From: an uncultured Rhodothermales bacterium
GTDB taxonomy: Bacteria > Bacteroidota > Rhodothermia > Rhodothermales > Rubricoccaceae
Length of the DNA: 64,000 nt
Assembly (NCBI GenBank): GCA_964414235.1
Contig: CAYPVZ010000001.1
Coordinates: forward strand, 3,317 to 67,316
Direction of reading: 5' to 3'
Below, in pieces: positions 1 through 10,087 of the stretch. The notes below the pieces were generated by a model. That model had not been told where the DNA came from. It saw only the letters and a program-made list of their open reading frames with translations, and searched no databases. Numbering within the stretch: position 1 is the first letter of the stretch; each line of letters starts with the position of its first letter. A program made the translations under genes and the position numbers.

Positions 1-122
1 TCCCGGTCCCGTTTTAGCACGGCGCGAGCCTGAGGGGGCGCAGAGGGCGCGAGAGGGGCGGTGACACGTGGGGTGGCAGACCCCACGTGCGTTCGTTGCG
101 TGCCCCTCTCCCCTGCTCCTCC

Positions 123-626
123 ATGCCCTTCGCGTTCGACTCCAGTTCCGGCGACGGATCGTCCCAGCCCGTCGCCACGCCGGGAGCGCTCCTCGTGACG
201 GCCTACGTCCAGGCCGACGCGCTGCCTCGCGGGCCGGAGTTGCCGTTCGTGCTGAGCCGGGTCTCGGCCGGCTTCCCATCGCCTGCGGACGACTACGTGG
301 AGGGGCATCTCGACTTGCATGAGCTGACCGGCGCGCTCTCGCCGTCGTGCTACTGGATGCGCGCCGAGGGGGAGTCGATGACAGGCGCTGGGATCCTCTC
401 GGGTGACCTCCTCCTCGTCGACCGGGCCATCGAGCCGACGAACGGCGACGTCGTGGTGGCGGCCATCGATGGCGAGCTGACGGTCAAGCGGTTCCTGCGT
501 CTGAAGAAGCGGACGGCGCTGCTGGCGGCGAACCCGGCGTATCCCTCGATCGAGCTGTGCGAGGGGCAGGAGCTGATCGTCTGGGGCGTCGTGACGTACG
601 TGCTCCACAACGCACGGGGGCGGTGA
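123..626 (+). CDS. umuD: UmuD-like S24 peptidase (Pol V accessory subunit)
   Basis: VSAGFPSPADDY cleavage region, GESM catalytic Ser, TVKR catalytic Lys, WGVV end; ATG at 123 preferred over GTG at 87. Confidence 0.92.
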   Translation: MPFAFDSSSGDGSSQPVATPGALLVTAYVQADALPRGPELPFVLSRVSAGFPSPADDYVEGHLDLHELTGALSPSCYWMRAEGESMTGAGILSGDLLLVDRAIEPTNGDVVVAAIDGELTVKRFLRLKKRTALLAANPAYPSIELCEGQELIVWGVVTYVLHNARGR

Positions 627-2116
627 GGGGGCCAGTAGGGAGGGGCCAGTGGCTAGTGGCAGACGGCGGGCTCCCCTCCCCTGCCGACTCCGTCGTGCCC
701 ACCTCGGGACCGAGGCCGGGAGGGTCGCGGCCGCGGCGGCTGTTCGCGCTCGTGGACTGCTCGGCGTTTTACTGCTCGTGCGAGCGCGTCTTCGACCCGA
801 GCTTGGAGGGCGTACCGGTGGCCGTGCTCTCGAACAACGACGGGTGCATCATCGCGCGGAGCCAGGAGGTCAAGGACCTGGGCATCCCGATGGGCGCGCC
901 GTTCTTCAAGCACCGTGACGAGCTGGCGGCGGCGGGGGTGCGGGTCTTCAGCTCGAACTACACCTTGTACGGCGACATGTCGCGCCGCGTGATGGCGGTG
1001 CTGGAGACGTTCACGCCGGACGTGGAGGTGTATTCGGTCGACGAGGCGTTCCTGACGGTGCCGACGCCCGAGGGTGATCCGGCGGAGGTGTGCGTCGCGA
1101 TGGAGGCACGCGCGAGAGACATCCGCCAGCGCGTGCTCCGGTGGACCGGGATCCCCGTTCGCGTCTCGTGGGCGGAGACCAAGACGCTGGCGAAGGCGGC
1201 GAGCGAGTGGGCGAAGGAGCGACTTCGATCGGGCGAGGAGCCGTGCGTGTGCCTGTGGGGGCACCCCGACCGCGAGGCGTGGCTGGAGCGGATGGACGTG
1301 GGCGACGTGTGGGGCGTGGGGCGGCGCTGGGGGGAGTCGCTTCGGGATCTCGGGGGCTCGACGGCGGCGAAGCTGGCCCGGATGCCCGACCGGCTCCTGC
1401 GGCAGCGCTTCAACGTGGTGCTGCTCCGGACGGCGATGGAGCTTCGAGGGGTCTCGTGCCTGCCGCTGGAGCAGGCGCCCATGGCCGGGTACCCGGCCAA
1501 GACGCGGCAGACGCTGGTGAAGTCGCGGAGCTTCGGGGAGCCAGTTGCGGACCTGGGCGCGATCTCGCAGGCCGTGGCGACACACGCGGCGCGGGCGGCG
1601 GAGAAGCTGCGCGCGGAGGGGCTGGTGGCGGGCCGGATCTCGGCGTTCGTGACGACGAAAGGGTTCGGGTCGGGGCCGCACCGCTCGGGCGGGTGCGACG
1701 AGGCGCTCGCGGAAGCATCGGCCGACACGACGGCGCTGGTGGCCGCGGCGCGGCGGTGCCTGGCTCGGGCGTATGTCGGTGCGGACGCCAGAGGGCATGG
1801 GTACCGCTACCGCAAGGCGGGCGTGATGCTGGCGGAGATCCGGCCGGAGGGAACGGAGCAGCGTGGACTCTTCCCTCTCGGCGAGGAGCGGACGGCGGCG
1901 GATCGTCAGAGGCGGGCGGCGCTGATGGACGCTCTCGACGCGGCCAACCGGAGGTTCGGGCAGCGAGCGGTCGTGGTGGCTTCGCAGGGGTGCCCCTCGA
2001 CGCTCAGGCGGACGCGGGACGGGTCGGCAGAGGCCCCGGGGTGGGAGATGCGGCGTGAGCGGATGAGCCCGCGGTACACGACGCGGTGGGACGAGTTAGC
2101 GGTCGTGCAAGGGTAG
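623..2116 (+). CDS. umuC: UmuC-like Y-family DNA polymerase V catalytic subunit
   Basis: ALVDCSAFYCSCERVF, VLSNNDGC, SSNYTLYGDMS, YSVDEAF, C-terminal WEMRRERMSPRYTTRW; in-frame GTG at 623 overlaps the umuD stop (GTGA). Confidence 0.93.
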   Translation: MRGPVGRGQWLVADGGLPSPADSVVPTSGPRPGGSRPRRLFALVDCSAFYCSCERVFDPSLEGVPVAVLSNNDGCIIARSQEVKDLGIPMGAPFFKHRDELAAAGVRVFSSNYTLYGDMSRRVMAVLETFTPDVEVYSVDEAFLTVPTPEGDPAEVCVAMEARARDIRQRVLRWTGIPVRVSWAETKTLAKAASEWAKERLRSGEEPCVCLWGHPDREAWLERMDVGDVWGVGRRWGESLRDLGGSTAAKLARMPDRLLRQRFNVVLLRTAMELRGVSCLPLEQAPMAGYPAKTRQTLVKSRSFGEPVADLGAISQAVATHAARAAEKLRAEGLVAGRISAFVTTKGFGSGPHRSGGCDEALAEASADTTALVAAARRCLARAYVGADARGHGYRYRKAGVMLAEIRPEGTEQRGLFPLGEERTAADRQRRAALMDALDAANRRFGQRAVVVASQGCPSTLRRTRDGSAEAPGWEMRRERMSPRYTTRWDELAVVQG

Positions 2117-2234
2117 ACCCGACCCCCAGCAACCCTGCCTATGGGTGTGCCGTCGGGGCTCGCCACGCTACGCTGTCCTCAACAGGGCCGCTGCGGACAG
2201 TTGTCTCGCCCTGCTGGATACGCCTGGGGGGTTA

Positions 2235-5200
2235 TCAGGCGCTCGCACGCGGCGGAGGAAGGGATGCATCAACGACGATGGACGCGAGCTGGCGCTCGTC
2301 GGTAGTGGCCTCACCCGCCTTTGTATTCAGTTTGGCGCGTAGCGCCTCGTGCCCCCCCTTTCGGGCGTCTGCGGCCTTAGGATGTAGCTTGCCCGGGGCC
2401 CGTTCGTACCAGCCCTGGGAGCCGTACCAGCCGACGAGATAGATCCCGTGGCGACGCGTGATGCCGTCGAGGTAGCGGTCGGCGAGTTGATCTGCGAGGG
2501 CGGAGTAGAGCTTGCCGTACCAGCTCGCCTTGACCTCCACGACGACGGACGCGGCCGGTCCTACGTTGGTAGCGGGAACAAAGACGACGAGGTCGACGGC
2601 ATGGCCTCGCTGGACCTCCGCTTCGCGAACGACGAGAATGCCTTGCGGGCCGAGCCGCTCGCGGAGGAACCGGAGCGCTGCGTTCGCGAGGGCGCCTTCG
2701 TCACGTGGGAAGGCGAACGCCGGGTTGGCTCCGGTTCGGAGCTCATCGAGTTCGTCCGCGAGCGTGTCCGGTGCGCTAGAGGCTCGTACGATGGACGCAG
2801 CGAGGTGAAGGGCCTCGCGTCGAGGGACGTGGTTCCAGAGCGCATAGACGCGCGGGGCCGTCCCTGTGCGGAGCCACTCCTCAAAGCCATTGAGCGTCTC
2901 GTTCGTGACCTGGAACAGCTCGTCGGCCGAGCGCACGAGGCGTGCCTCGGGGCGGTCCAGCAAGGCGAGGAGGCGGACCGGAGAGAGGACGCGGTGAGAG
3001 AGTTCTCGGCGGCGGGTGCGAGCGCGCTTGATCTGGTAGCGGAGTGTGCGAGGCGAGAGGACCGCACGGAGAGATTCGATGGCTTCGACGGCTTCCTCTG
3101 TCCCCTGCGCGGCGAGGATGGCCGCGAAGCCGCCTCGGAGATCGCGGATGTTGTCGGCCGTAGACGGGCTGTATATGCCCTTGGGCTGGGGCGGATCATC
3201 GTCTGGAGGGAACAGCTGGTGGAGGCTAGTCTCGAGGGCGACGAGCGCTTCAGGGGGCGTCTCGACCGACAAGGGTGCGTGCCTCGTTTCGTCGGCGATC
3301 TGGGTGAGGATGGCCGAGATGACGGCGTCATTGGACAGAACGCACTCGCGGTGTACTGCCCAGGCGGGGACGGGGTCGGCAGAGAGGTGGAGGCGAATCC
3401 ACGACGCCGCCCGGTACGGGTCGTACGCCGACCGGACGCGGCGTACGACCGCCGCAGCAGCCCCCGGCACCTTTTCTTCGACGAGACGGCGGAGCACCTG
3501 GTGGCGGTCGTAGTCCGAGGCATCTTCGAACGCCGTGGCGTCGAGGAGGAGCGCGTTCAGGGCCGGATCCCCGAGAGGCGCGAGGGCGCGGTCGAACGCT
3601 CCCAGCCGGGCGGGAAGGAGCGGGATTATTCGGGCCGCGTTGTCCCGAAAGGCCTGCGGGTCTGCACGGTAGGCCTGGGCGATGAGGCCGCGGAGGAGGT
3701 CGGCGCGTTCGACGGATCCGTCTTCCACCCGCGCGAGGAGGGCGGGTGCCCAGGCGGACCAGACAGCGTCGTCGATCTCAACCTCGTGGCCGTCGAGAAG
3801 GGCGAGGGCACGGACCCCGTCCAGGAGGTGCCACGTCAGGTTTCCCTCCTCGACAGAAGTCCAGTCCGCGGCATTGGGCACCGACGACTCGACGGCCTCG
3901 CGGGCAGCATTGAGGACCCGCTCCTGGTCGGCGGCACCCAGCGCGCCCCACCCGGGGTAGGCCGTGAGGTCTGGCTGGAAGGGGTCGCGTGGGTAGTGGG
4001 TGTTGTTCTCTGGATTGAGGTTGAGCGTATGGCACACGTGTCTCCACCGGTCCTCAATGGGCTGGGTGAGGTCGTCGTCCAGCCGGTCGGGAATCGGAGG
4101 GTCAAGAGGTTCAGGACCGGGTCGGCCAGGCCCCCACGCCTCGCGCGTCGCCTGGACATCGGGGTCGCTCAGATCCCAGGCCTCGTAGGAGCGCTTCACG
4201 ATGGCCTGAACACGAGGGAGCGTCGGGGCCGCGTCGTAGAGCAGTGCGGCGACTCGGTCCAGTGTGGACGAGTCGGGGGGGTGCGCGAGCGACCCCAAGA
4301 AGGTGGCACAGACGTCGCGCACCGTATCGTCCTCAGCGTGCCTCAGCAGTTCGAGTAAAACTGACACGTCCTGGTGGCGGACCGGGGAGGCGTCGTGCAG
4401 GAGACGCCACACGATGGTATTGGGCACGTCGACGTCCGCAGCGGACGTGACGAGGGCGGTGAGAAAGACGGTGCGGTCTTCGTCTCCGCTGGCGAGGGCT
4501 CGCTGGACATCGTGCTCCCGTGTCCGGAGTGCGTAGAGCTCGTCGTCCCGCGTGGCGAGGCGGACGATGAGCGGCGCGAGGCGGCGCCCGACCTCGGGAA
4601 CATGGGCCCGTGCGGCGGCGGCGGCGATGGCCCCCTGCGCGATCACGTGGGACGACGGGTCATGCCCCTCGGCGACCCAGTCGAGCGCCTCTACGAGAAG
4701 CGCGTCGTCGACGGCGTCGACGGAGAACGGGGGGCTGGTAAGAAGGCCGGACGCGAACGAGTTGTCGTCATCCTCGGGCGTGAGGGCGATGGAGGCGACC
4801 AACTCGGAAAATGAGAGGACGGAGGGCCATAAGACGTTCCGAGCGGTTCTCCGTACCCATTCGGCCTCCTCACCGGGGATGCAGGCGAGGGGCCGGAGTG
4901 CGGCGAGCGCGTCGGGAGGCGCGAGGTGTCCGGCGGCGTAGAGGGCCGAGACGCGGAGATCGAGGGGCGCGTCTGCGTTGAGTGCGAGCGAGATGACAGG
5001 GTCGGCCAACTCGCTGAGCTCGTTCTGGACGCCAATGCGGATCGCCTCCGAGCGGGCTCGTTCGGGGCGGGAGGCGTCCGACATCCAGCCCAGAACTTGT
5101 TCCGCGAGCGCGGGGTGCCGGAAGCCACGGTAGGTTTCCGGGACGGGGTCCGTGAATGTGTGGAGCCGCTCGTCACCGATGGCCCCGAGGTAGAGGTCGA

Positions 5201-6554
5201 CGCCCTGGCGGAGTACGTCCGGGTCGAGCGACTGTGGGTCGCCACCCAGCGCGATGTTGGGTTCTCGTTCGGCGAGGGCGAGGAAGACCTCCGGGATGAG
5301 GGCCGCCGTCCAGGCCGCGACGTTGCGGAGAGGCGGGACGATATGGTGATCGTCAGGGTCGGTCACCAGAGAGAGTGCCTGGACGGGTTGGGCGTGCCGG
5401 TGATTGAGATACCAAGCGGCCAGGAAGTCTGCGACGGCTCCTTGCGTCCACCGGAACACGTGGGGACCAGCCGTGCGAAAGAGCCCCGTGTCGCGAGCGA
5501 GGTCCCGAAGGGAGCCCGGTCCGACCGTGAAGGAGGCCCCTCCGAGATCCGTCTCGGTACCCTCTACCTCCTCCCCCGCTAGCGCCCCCTCGGGGTGGGC
5601 ACCGACGGAGCGGAGGCTGAGGGTGGCCCGGTCCCCGAACCGCATCATCGCGGCGATGCGCCCTGCGAGGGCGAGCCGTTGGCTCGGGGTGAGGAGCCCG
5701 TGCCGGTCGGCCGCGAGGCGTCGGCGGTTGTGCTCCTCACAGAGGAAGCGAGCGGCCGTCTCGAAGAGCTCGCTCCGGGTGTCCGGGAAGGCACCGTCGC
5801 GTTCGTAGATGCCGAGCAGCCAGAAGAGCGTCAAGGGGAGGGAGGCCCATGACCCCGCGCCCGCGTCCGCGACGGCGGTCAGGAAAGGATCTGGCGGGAT
5901 CCCGAACGTCTCGGCCGCAAGCGCAGCGTCGCTTCGGCGGAGCGGGGCGAGGGTGTAGACGCCGACGGCGTCGGTCCCCCAGAGCGACTGGAACGCCTCC
6001 GTAACGGACTCGGGCCACACCCCTGCGCGGCTGGTGATGCGGAGCCGCAGGGACTGGGCGCGCTCAGGCCGGAGGTGAGGCGGGAGTTGGTCGACGAGTG
6101 CATCCTGGAGCAGAACTGCGGCGGCGTCGACGCGCAGGAGTGCTTCGTCGTAGGCGTCGACAAGGAGCGTGAGGGCGTCTCCGTCGTCGCGCCAGGCCCG
6201 AACGCGGGGGTGTCGTGCGAGGGCATCTGCGAAGCCGCTTTCGCCCCCGACGGCGCCGAGGTCAACCCAAACGGCTTCAGATTCCTCAAAGTGAGCGATC
6301 TCGGTTGACTTCCCCGCTCCGGGCTCCCCGAGGAGAATGAGGCAAGGCGTGGCCGCGAGGTCCGCGTAGGTGTGTACGTCGTGGTTGGCGACCCGAACGG
6401 GCGCCTGGGAGTACGAGCTAGTGTAAAACGGCTCCCGGAGATAGCCGCCGTGCTCCGTTTCCGGGACGGTGTGGAGCGGGGTCCAGTAGCGTTGCCACTG
6501 GACGTAGGGGCGCCCGTCACGCGTCAGCGTTTGTGAGGCCGCACTCTTCGTCAT
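2235..6554 (-). CDS. NACHT/STAND NTPase with helical repeats and C-terminal PD-(D/E)xK-like nuclease; probable defence protein
   Basis: Walker A GEPGAGKS, Walker B LLVDAYDE, C-terminal EAEV...VDLVV...VEVKASW motif; 1439 aa. Confidence 0.75.
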   Translation of the reverse strand: MTKSAASQTLTRDGRPYVQWQRYWTPLHTVPETEHGGYLREPFYTSSYSQAPVRVANHDVHTYADLAATPCLILLGEPGAGKSTEIAHFEESEAVWVDLGAVGGESGFADALARHPRVRAWRDDGDALTLLVDAYDEALLRVDAAAVLLQDALVDQLPPHLRPERAQSLRLRITSRAGVWPESVTEAFQSLWGTDAVGVYTLAPLRRSDAALAAETFGIPPDPFLTAVADAGAGSWASLPLTLFWLLGIYERDGAFPDTRSELFETAARFLCEEHNRRRLAADRHGLLTPSQRLALAGRIAAMMRFGDRATLSLRSVGAHPEGALAGEEVEGTETDLGGASFTVGPGSLRDLARDTGLFRTAGPHVFRWTQGAVADFLAAWYLNHRHAQPVQALSLVTDPDDHHIVPPLRNVAAWTAALIPEVFLALAEREPNIALGGDPQSLDPDVLRQGVDLYLGAIGDERLHTFTDPVPETYRGFRHPALAEQVLGWMSDASRPERARSEAIRIGVQNELSELADPVISLALNADAPLDLRVSALYAAGHLAPPDALAALRPLACIPGEEAEWVRRTARNVLWPSVLSFSELVASIALTPEDDDNSFASGLLTSPPFSVDAVDDALLVEALDWVAEGHDPSSHVIAQGAIAAAAARAHVPEVGRRLAPLIVRLATRDDELYALRTREHDVQRALASGDEDRTVFLTALVTSAADVDVPNTIVWRLLHDASPVRHQDVSVLLELLRHAEDDTVRDVCATFLGSLAHPPDSSTLDRVAALLYDAAPTLPRVQAIVKRSYEAWDLSDPDVQATREAWGPGRPGPEPLDPPIPDRLDDDLTQPIEDRWRHVCHTLNLNPENNTHYPRDPFQPDLTAYPGWGALGAADQERVLNAAREAVESSVPNAADWTSVEEGNLTWHLLDGVRALALLDGHEVEIDDAVWSAWAPALLARVEDGSVERADLLRGLIAQAYRADPQAFRDNAARIIPLLPARLGAFDRALAPLGDPALNALLLDATAFEDASDYDRHQVLRRLVEEKVPGAAAAVVRRVRSAYDPYRAASWIRLHLSADPVPAWAVHRECVLSNDAVISAILTQIADETRHAPLSVETPPEALVALETSLHQLFPPDDDPPQPKGIYSPSTADNIRDLRGGFAAILAAQGTEEAVEAIESLRAVLSPRTLRYQIKRARTRRRELSHRVLSPVRLLALLDRPEARLVRSADELFQVTNETLNGFEEWLRTGTAPRVYALWNHVPRREALHLAASIVRASSAPDTLADELDELRTGANPAFAFPRDEGALANAALRFLRERLGPQGILVVREAEVQRGHAVDLVVFVPATNVGPAASVVVEVKASWYGKLYSALADQLADRYLDGITRRHGIYLVGWYGSQGWYERAPGKLHPKAADARKGGHEALRAKLNTKAGEATTDERQLASIVVDASLPPPRASA

Positions 6555-6982
6555 GCGCCATACCCCAGCTCGCGGAGGGCCTCGTTCACGATGGCGCTGA
6601 CATTCGTGCCGCGCGGGTCATCACCCATGGCAGCGGCGACCTTGATGGCTTGGCTCACATCGGGGTCGAGGTAGACGGAGTGCTTGACTTGTTCGCCGCC
6701 TGCTCGACGGTAGCGGGAGGCGCCCTGATAGTAGGGGTCGGGCGTGATGTCGGCCTCTGGCGGAGTGGCCACTACAGGCGCTGGCGTGGACCTCTCCCCT
6801 CCCCTGTTTCTGGCGGGCGTCTTCTTACGACGCGAGGATGCTTTGGGAGCTTCTTCAGTCGCCTCAGGCACGGGTGCGACCTCCGGCGACGGCGTGGACT
6901 TCGTGGGCTTCGACGGCTTGGGCTTGGCGGGGGCATCGCCAAAGAGGAGCGACATGGCCTGCTTTTTCTTGTCGTCGGGCAT
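6551..6982 (-). CDS. ParG-like partition adaptor (disordered N-terminus, C-terminal ribbon-helix-helix)
   Basis: Directly after parA; Pro/Lys-rich N-terminus then KHSVYLDPDVSQAIKVAAA...NVSAIVNEALRE strand-helix-helix pattern; ATG at 6982 (ORF-track upstream extension overlaps parA). Confidence 0.7.
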   Translation of the reverse strand: MPDDKKKQAMSLLFGDAPAKPKPSKPTKSTPSPEVAPVPEATEEAPKASSRRKKTPARNRGGERSTPAPVVATPPEADITPDPYYQGASRYRRAGGEQVKHSVYLDPDVSQAIKVAAAMGDDPRGTNVSAIVNEALRELGYGA

Positions 6983-6986
6983 GGGG

Positions 6987-7778
6987 CTAGGCGTCGAGGT
7001 GGCGGAGGACGGTGAGAGCGAGGCGGGCGTAGTCCTGGGCACCGCGATCCGAGGGCGCGTACTCGAAGACCGACTGGCGGGCGCCGACGGCCTTCGAGAG
7101 GGCCGACGAGTAACGGATGGACGGGAGGGTCTGGCCGTCGGGATAATCGCCGAACTGTTCGGAGAGCAGTTCGCGGAGGGACGTGCTCTCGGCGACGCGG
7201 CCGTCGTCGTTCGTGGGGAGGTAGAGCGTGGGGACGGACAGGCCGTCCTCCTCCTCGGCAAAGGCGGTGACCTCGCGGAAACCCCGAAGGCCGACGATGG
7301 ACGCCATCTGCAGCTCGACGGGGCAGACGACGAGGTCGGCGGCGTAGAGCGCGTTGAGGAAGAGGGCGTCGAGGCCGGGGGCGGCGTCGAGGACGGCGAC
7401 GTCGTACAGTTCGTCGGCCTCTTCGAGGGCTTTGCGGAGGCGGTTCTTGCTGTGGCGGGCCGCGAGCTGGGTGCGGGCCATCGAGAGGCGCACGCCGCCC
7501 GAGGCCACGAGGTGGAGGCGGTCGCCTCCCCCCTCCCCTTCCGGGTCGCCGAGGATGTCGAGCGCTGCGTCAGAGATCGAGGCCTCGCCGAGGAGCACGT
7601 CGCCGAGGGACGGGTCGGGGTCGGTGGGCGCGCCCAGGTGCGCCGACGCGGAGCCCTGGGTGTCGAGGTCCACGAGCAAGGCCCGTCGTCCGGCGTGGTA
7701 GAGCCCGGCGGCGAGGTTGACGGCGGTGGTGGTCTTCCCGACCCCGCCTTTGAGGTTGAGGATGGCGACGGTGTACAC
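6987..7778 (-). CDS. parA: ParA/Soj family partition ATPase
   Basis: Deviant Walker A KGGVGKTT, LVDLDTQG, VLDAAPG, NALYAAD; no N-terminal HTH (type Ib-like). Confidence 0.93.
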   Translation of the reverse strand: MYTVAILNLKGGVGKTTTAVNLAAGLYHAGRRALLVDLDTQGSASAHLGAPTDPDPSLGDVLLGEASISDAALDILGDPEGEGGGDRLHLVASGGVRLSMARTQLAARHSKNRLRKALEEADELYDVAVLDAAPGLDALFLNALYAADLVVCPVELQMASIVGLRGFREVTAFAEEEDGLSVPTLYLPTNDDGRVAESTSLRELLSEQFGDYPDGQTLPSIRYSSALSKAVGARQSVFEYAPSDRGAQDYARLALTVLRHLDA

Positions 7779-7791
7779 GGGTCAGGCGCTA

Positions 7792-7972
7792 GAGTGACTT
7801 GGAGACTTGGCGACTGGACAGACGCCTTAGCGACTGAAGGTACCACCAGTCGCCAAGTCGCCCTTCGTACTGATGGGATCCCGCAGGAGTACCCACAGGG
7901 GGTGCATGGCTTCAAGACAGACGCTTAGTCTCCAAGTCACTCAGTCGCTATTCAGTCACCAAGACGCTAAGT
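7792..7972. repeat. Centromere/operator-like array of ~8-bp units upstream of parA
   Basis: Units AGTGACTT-GGAGACTT-GGCGACTG and their reverse complements; perfect 16-bp inverted repeat GAGTGACTTGGAGACT (7792-7807) / AGTCTCCAAGTCACTC (7927-7942). Confidence 0.7.
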
Positions 7973-8554
7973 AGGAATAGCGTTCGGTATCGAATCTGCC
8001 TGAGGCCCCTTTCAGAGCTGCTGCATCCCTTAGGGCTCGGCCGTCCAGGCGTCGGGGACGGTGGGTGGGGATCCGTTCGACCCGGTCCTGGGCGTGCTGT
8101 GCCCGCTGCGCTCACAGAGAGACGAGGGGATGGACGACCGCTGGGACCGTAGCGCGAGACGACGGGGCTCCGCCTGAGGCGAGGTGACGCGCTGGAGCGC
8201 CTCTGAGACGCTCTGGGTTGTCCGGACGGCCTGGAACGCAGAAAGAGGAGGGCGCGGCCCACAGCGGTGCCCTGAGGCGCTCATACGGCCGGGTTCTCCA
8301 TCGGAGCGGCCCGCCTGTCAGTCTCCCGCAGTGCCAGAGGCCGCAGAAAGGGGGGAGGGGCTGTGCGGTCCGGCCCCTGAGAGATCCTCACTGCGAGAAC
8401 CGAGGCACGACAGCCTGAGCCTGCGAATGCAGTCGTGTGGAGTATGTGGCGTCCGTCGGATCGGGGCATTCGGTGGCCACCTCTCGGAGTTGCTCCCCGT
8501 TGAGAAGGGACCCGTGAGACATCGCGCGCGCGCTGTGCCCGCTGTTTCCCAGGG

Positions 8555-9988
8555 TTACGACGTAGCCCCCGTACGTCGACTGAGGCGGTCGAGGAGAAGG
8601 CGATTGCGCTCACGGACGAAGGCCTTGCGGGCCTCCGGGTCGTCAGCGTCCAGTTCGGTACGCGTTCCGGCCTGGAGCGCGGCGAGGACGGTCTCATTGA
8701 TCTCCGCCTGCTCATCGTCGGGGAGCGAGCGGTAGATCTCGGTGCACCAGCGCTCGGTCTCGCGGTAGGCCTCGGCGATCTCGGCTTCGAGAGCAGGGGG
8801 GAGGCGGTAGCCCTCGCCGTTGCGGTAGCGAATGGCCGATTTGATCCAGGAGCGCGGGCTTTTGATCTCTTTGCCGCCCGCGATGGCCCAGTGGTAGTGC
8901 TCGAGTTGGCGGACGACGAGGTTCCAGCCGTACTCGTGGACGAGGGTCTCGGCCTCGGACGGCTCGACCCCGAGGCCGACGAGGGCTGAGACGATGGCCT
9001 GGCGGGACGGGTAGAGCACGCACGAGAAGCGGAGCGTGCGCGTGAAGACGAACTTCTTGCCCGAGGCGGTTTTGGAGGGCTTGACCTCCCACGTGCAGTA
9101 CCCGCGTTCGGCGAGCGTGTCGAAGTGCGGCCCGAGCTTGGAGATGATCTGCGAGGGGTGCTCGGAGCCGATGCGGTAGTTCAGGATGCGGTTGGCGAAC
9201 TCGATGACATCCATCTCGATGGTCGAGCCCTGCAGGAAGCGCTTGTCAAGCCAGCGGTAGGCCAGCTTGACGGTGTCGTTGGGAAGCGCGTAGTAGAACT
9301 GGGTCGAGAGCGTCTTACCGTAGGTGAGCGAGATGAGCTGGAACATGGTGGGTGCCCAGGCCACGTAGGTCTCGCCGACCGGGTTGTCCTCCGAGGGGTC
9401 CATCGCGTGGGAGTCGAGGACGTTGAAGGCAAACTTCCAGTGCGTCTGCGTCTCTGGATTCCAGAGGGCGTTGGTCTCGATGGTCATCGTCTGGAGCTGG
9501 TCGATGACGTGTTCGAGGCGGTCGTAGTAGTGTTTGGTGGTGGGCCAGCCCATGAGCTTGAGGAGCTCGTACCGGGTCGTTCGGAGGATGCGGTCGGAGA
9601 AGCCCGAGTCTTCCGAGAGCGAGAGGAGGGCCACCATGACGTCGTTGACGTGGTGCTCGGGGATCCCCTTCGCGCAGGTGACGGCGCGGTAGAAGCGTTT
9701 GCGGAGCGTCTTGCCTTTCTCGGTGACGACGCCCTCCCACTCGGCACGGTAGGAGGTCTCCGTGATCTCGATGTCGAACTGACGCTCGCCTTTTTCCCAG
9801 GGGGTGCGGATGCCGTCTCCAGACTTGAGGGCTCGTGTCCGGGGGATGCCCAGGACGAGGTCGACGAGGTTCATGTCGTCGTAGCCTTCGACAGGGCCTC
9901 GGGCAAGGTCACGGTCGATGACGTCGAAGAGCGTGAGCTGGTCGTCGGGGTTCGTCACGGTGGGGGCGCTGGAGGAACGGCGGGCCAT
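8555..9988 (-). CDS. repA: Plasmid replication initiator (replication initiator protein A-like), replicon 1
   Basis: DVMVALL...RTTRYELLKLMGW...YYDRL and AYRWLDKRF segments typical of this Rep class; adjacent iterons, DnaA boxes and par cassette. Confidence 0.78.
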   Translation of the reverse strand: MARRSSSAPTVTNPDDQLTLFDVIDRDLARGPVEGYDDMNLVDLVLGIPRTRALKSGDGIRTPWEKGERQFDIEITETSYRAEWEGVVTEKGKTLRKRFYRAVTCAKGIPEHHVNDVMVALLSLSEDSGFSDRILRTTRYELLKLMGWPTTKHYYDRLEHVIDQLQTMTIETNALWNPETQTHWKFAFNVLDSHAMDPSEDNPVGETYVAWAPTMFQLISLTYGKTLSTQFYYALPNDTVKLAYRWLDKRFLQGSTIEMDVIEFANRILNYRIGSEHPSQIISKLGPHFDTLAERGYCTWEVKPSKTASGKKFVFTRTLRFSCVLYPSRQAIVSALVGLGVEPSEAETLVHEYGWNLVVRQLEHYHWAIAGGKEIKSPRSWIKSAIRYRNGEGYRLPPALEAEIAEAYRETERWCTEIYRSLPDDEQAEINETVLAALQAGTRTELDADDPEARKAFVRERNRLLLDRLSRRTGATS

Positions 9989-10087
9989 GCGGTGGCACTC
10001 TTTAAAACTAGAACTAAATACAGAGTAGCTACGCCGGGAGAGGAGTGCTGGGATGTCCGCAACTGGTTGGGCCGCAACGTGCTAGGG

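Noticed and set aside
2448..4358. Long plus-strand ORF of 636 aa (likewise 11596-13353, 15657-17819, 24927-26543, 57298-59202)
   Set aside because: Antisense shadows of motif-bearing genes, expected in high-GC DNA; no recognisable motifs
7975..8540. Gap between centromere and rep as oriT or small gene
   Set aside because: No nick-site motif I can recognise and the short ORFs lack protein-like features; left unassigned
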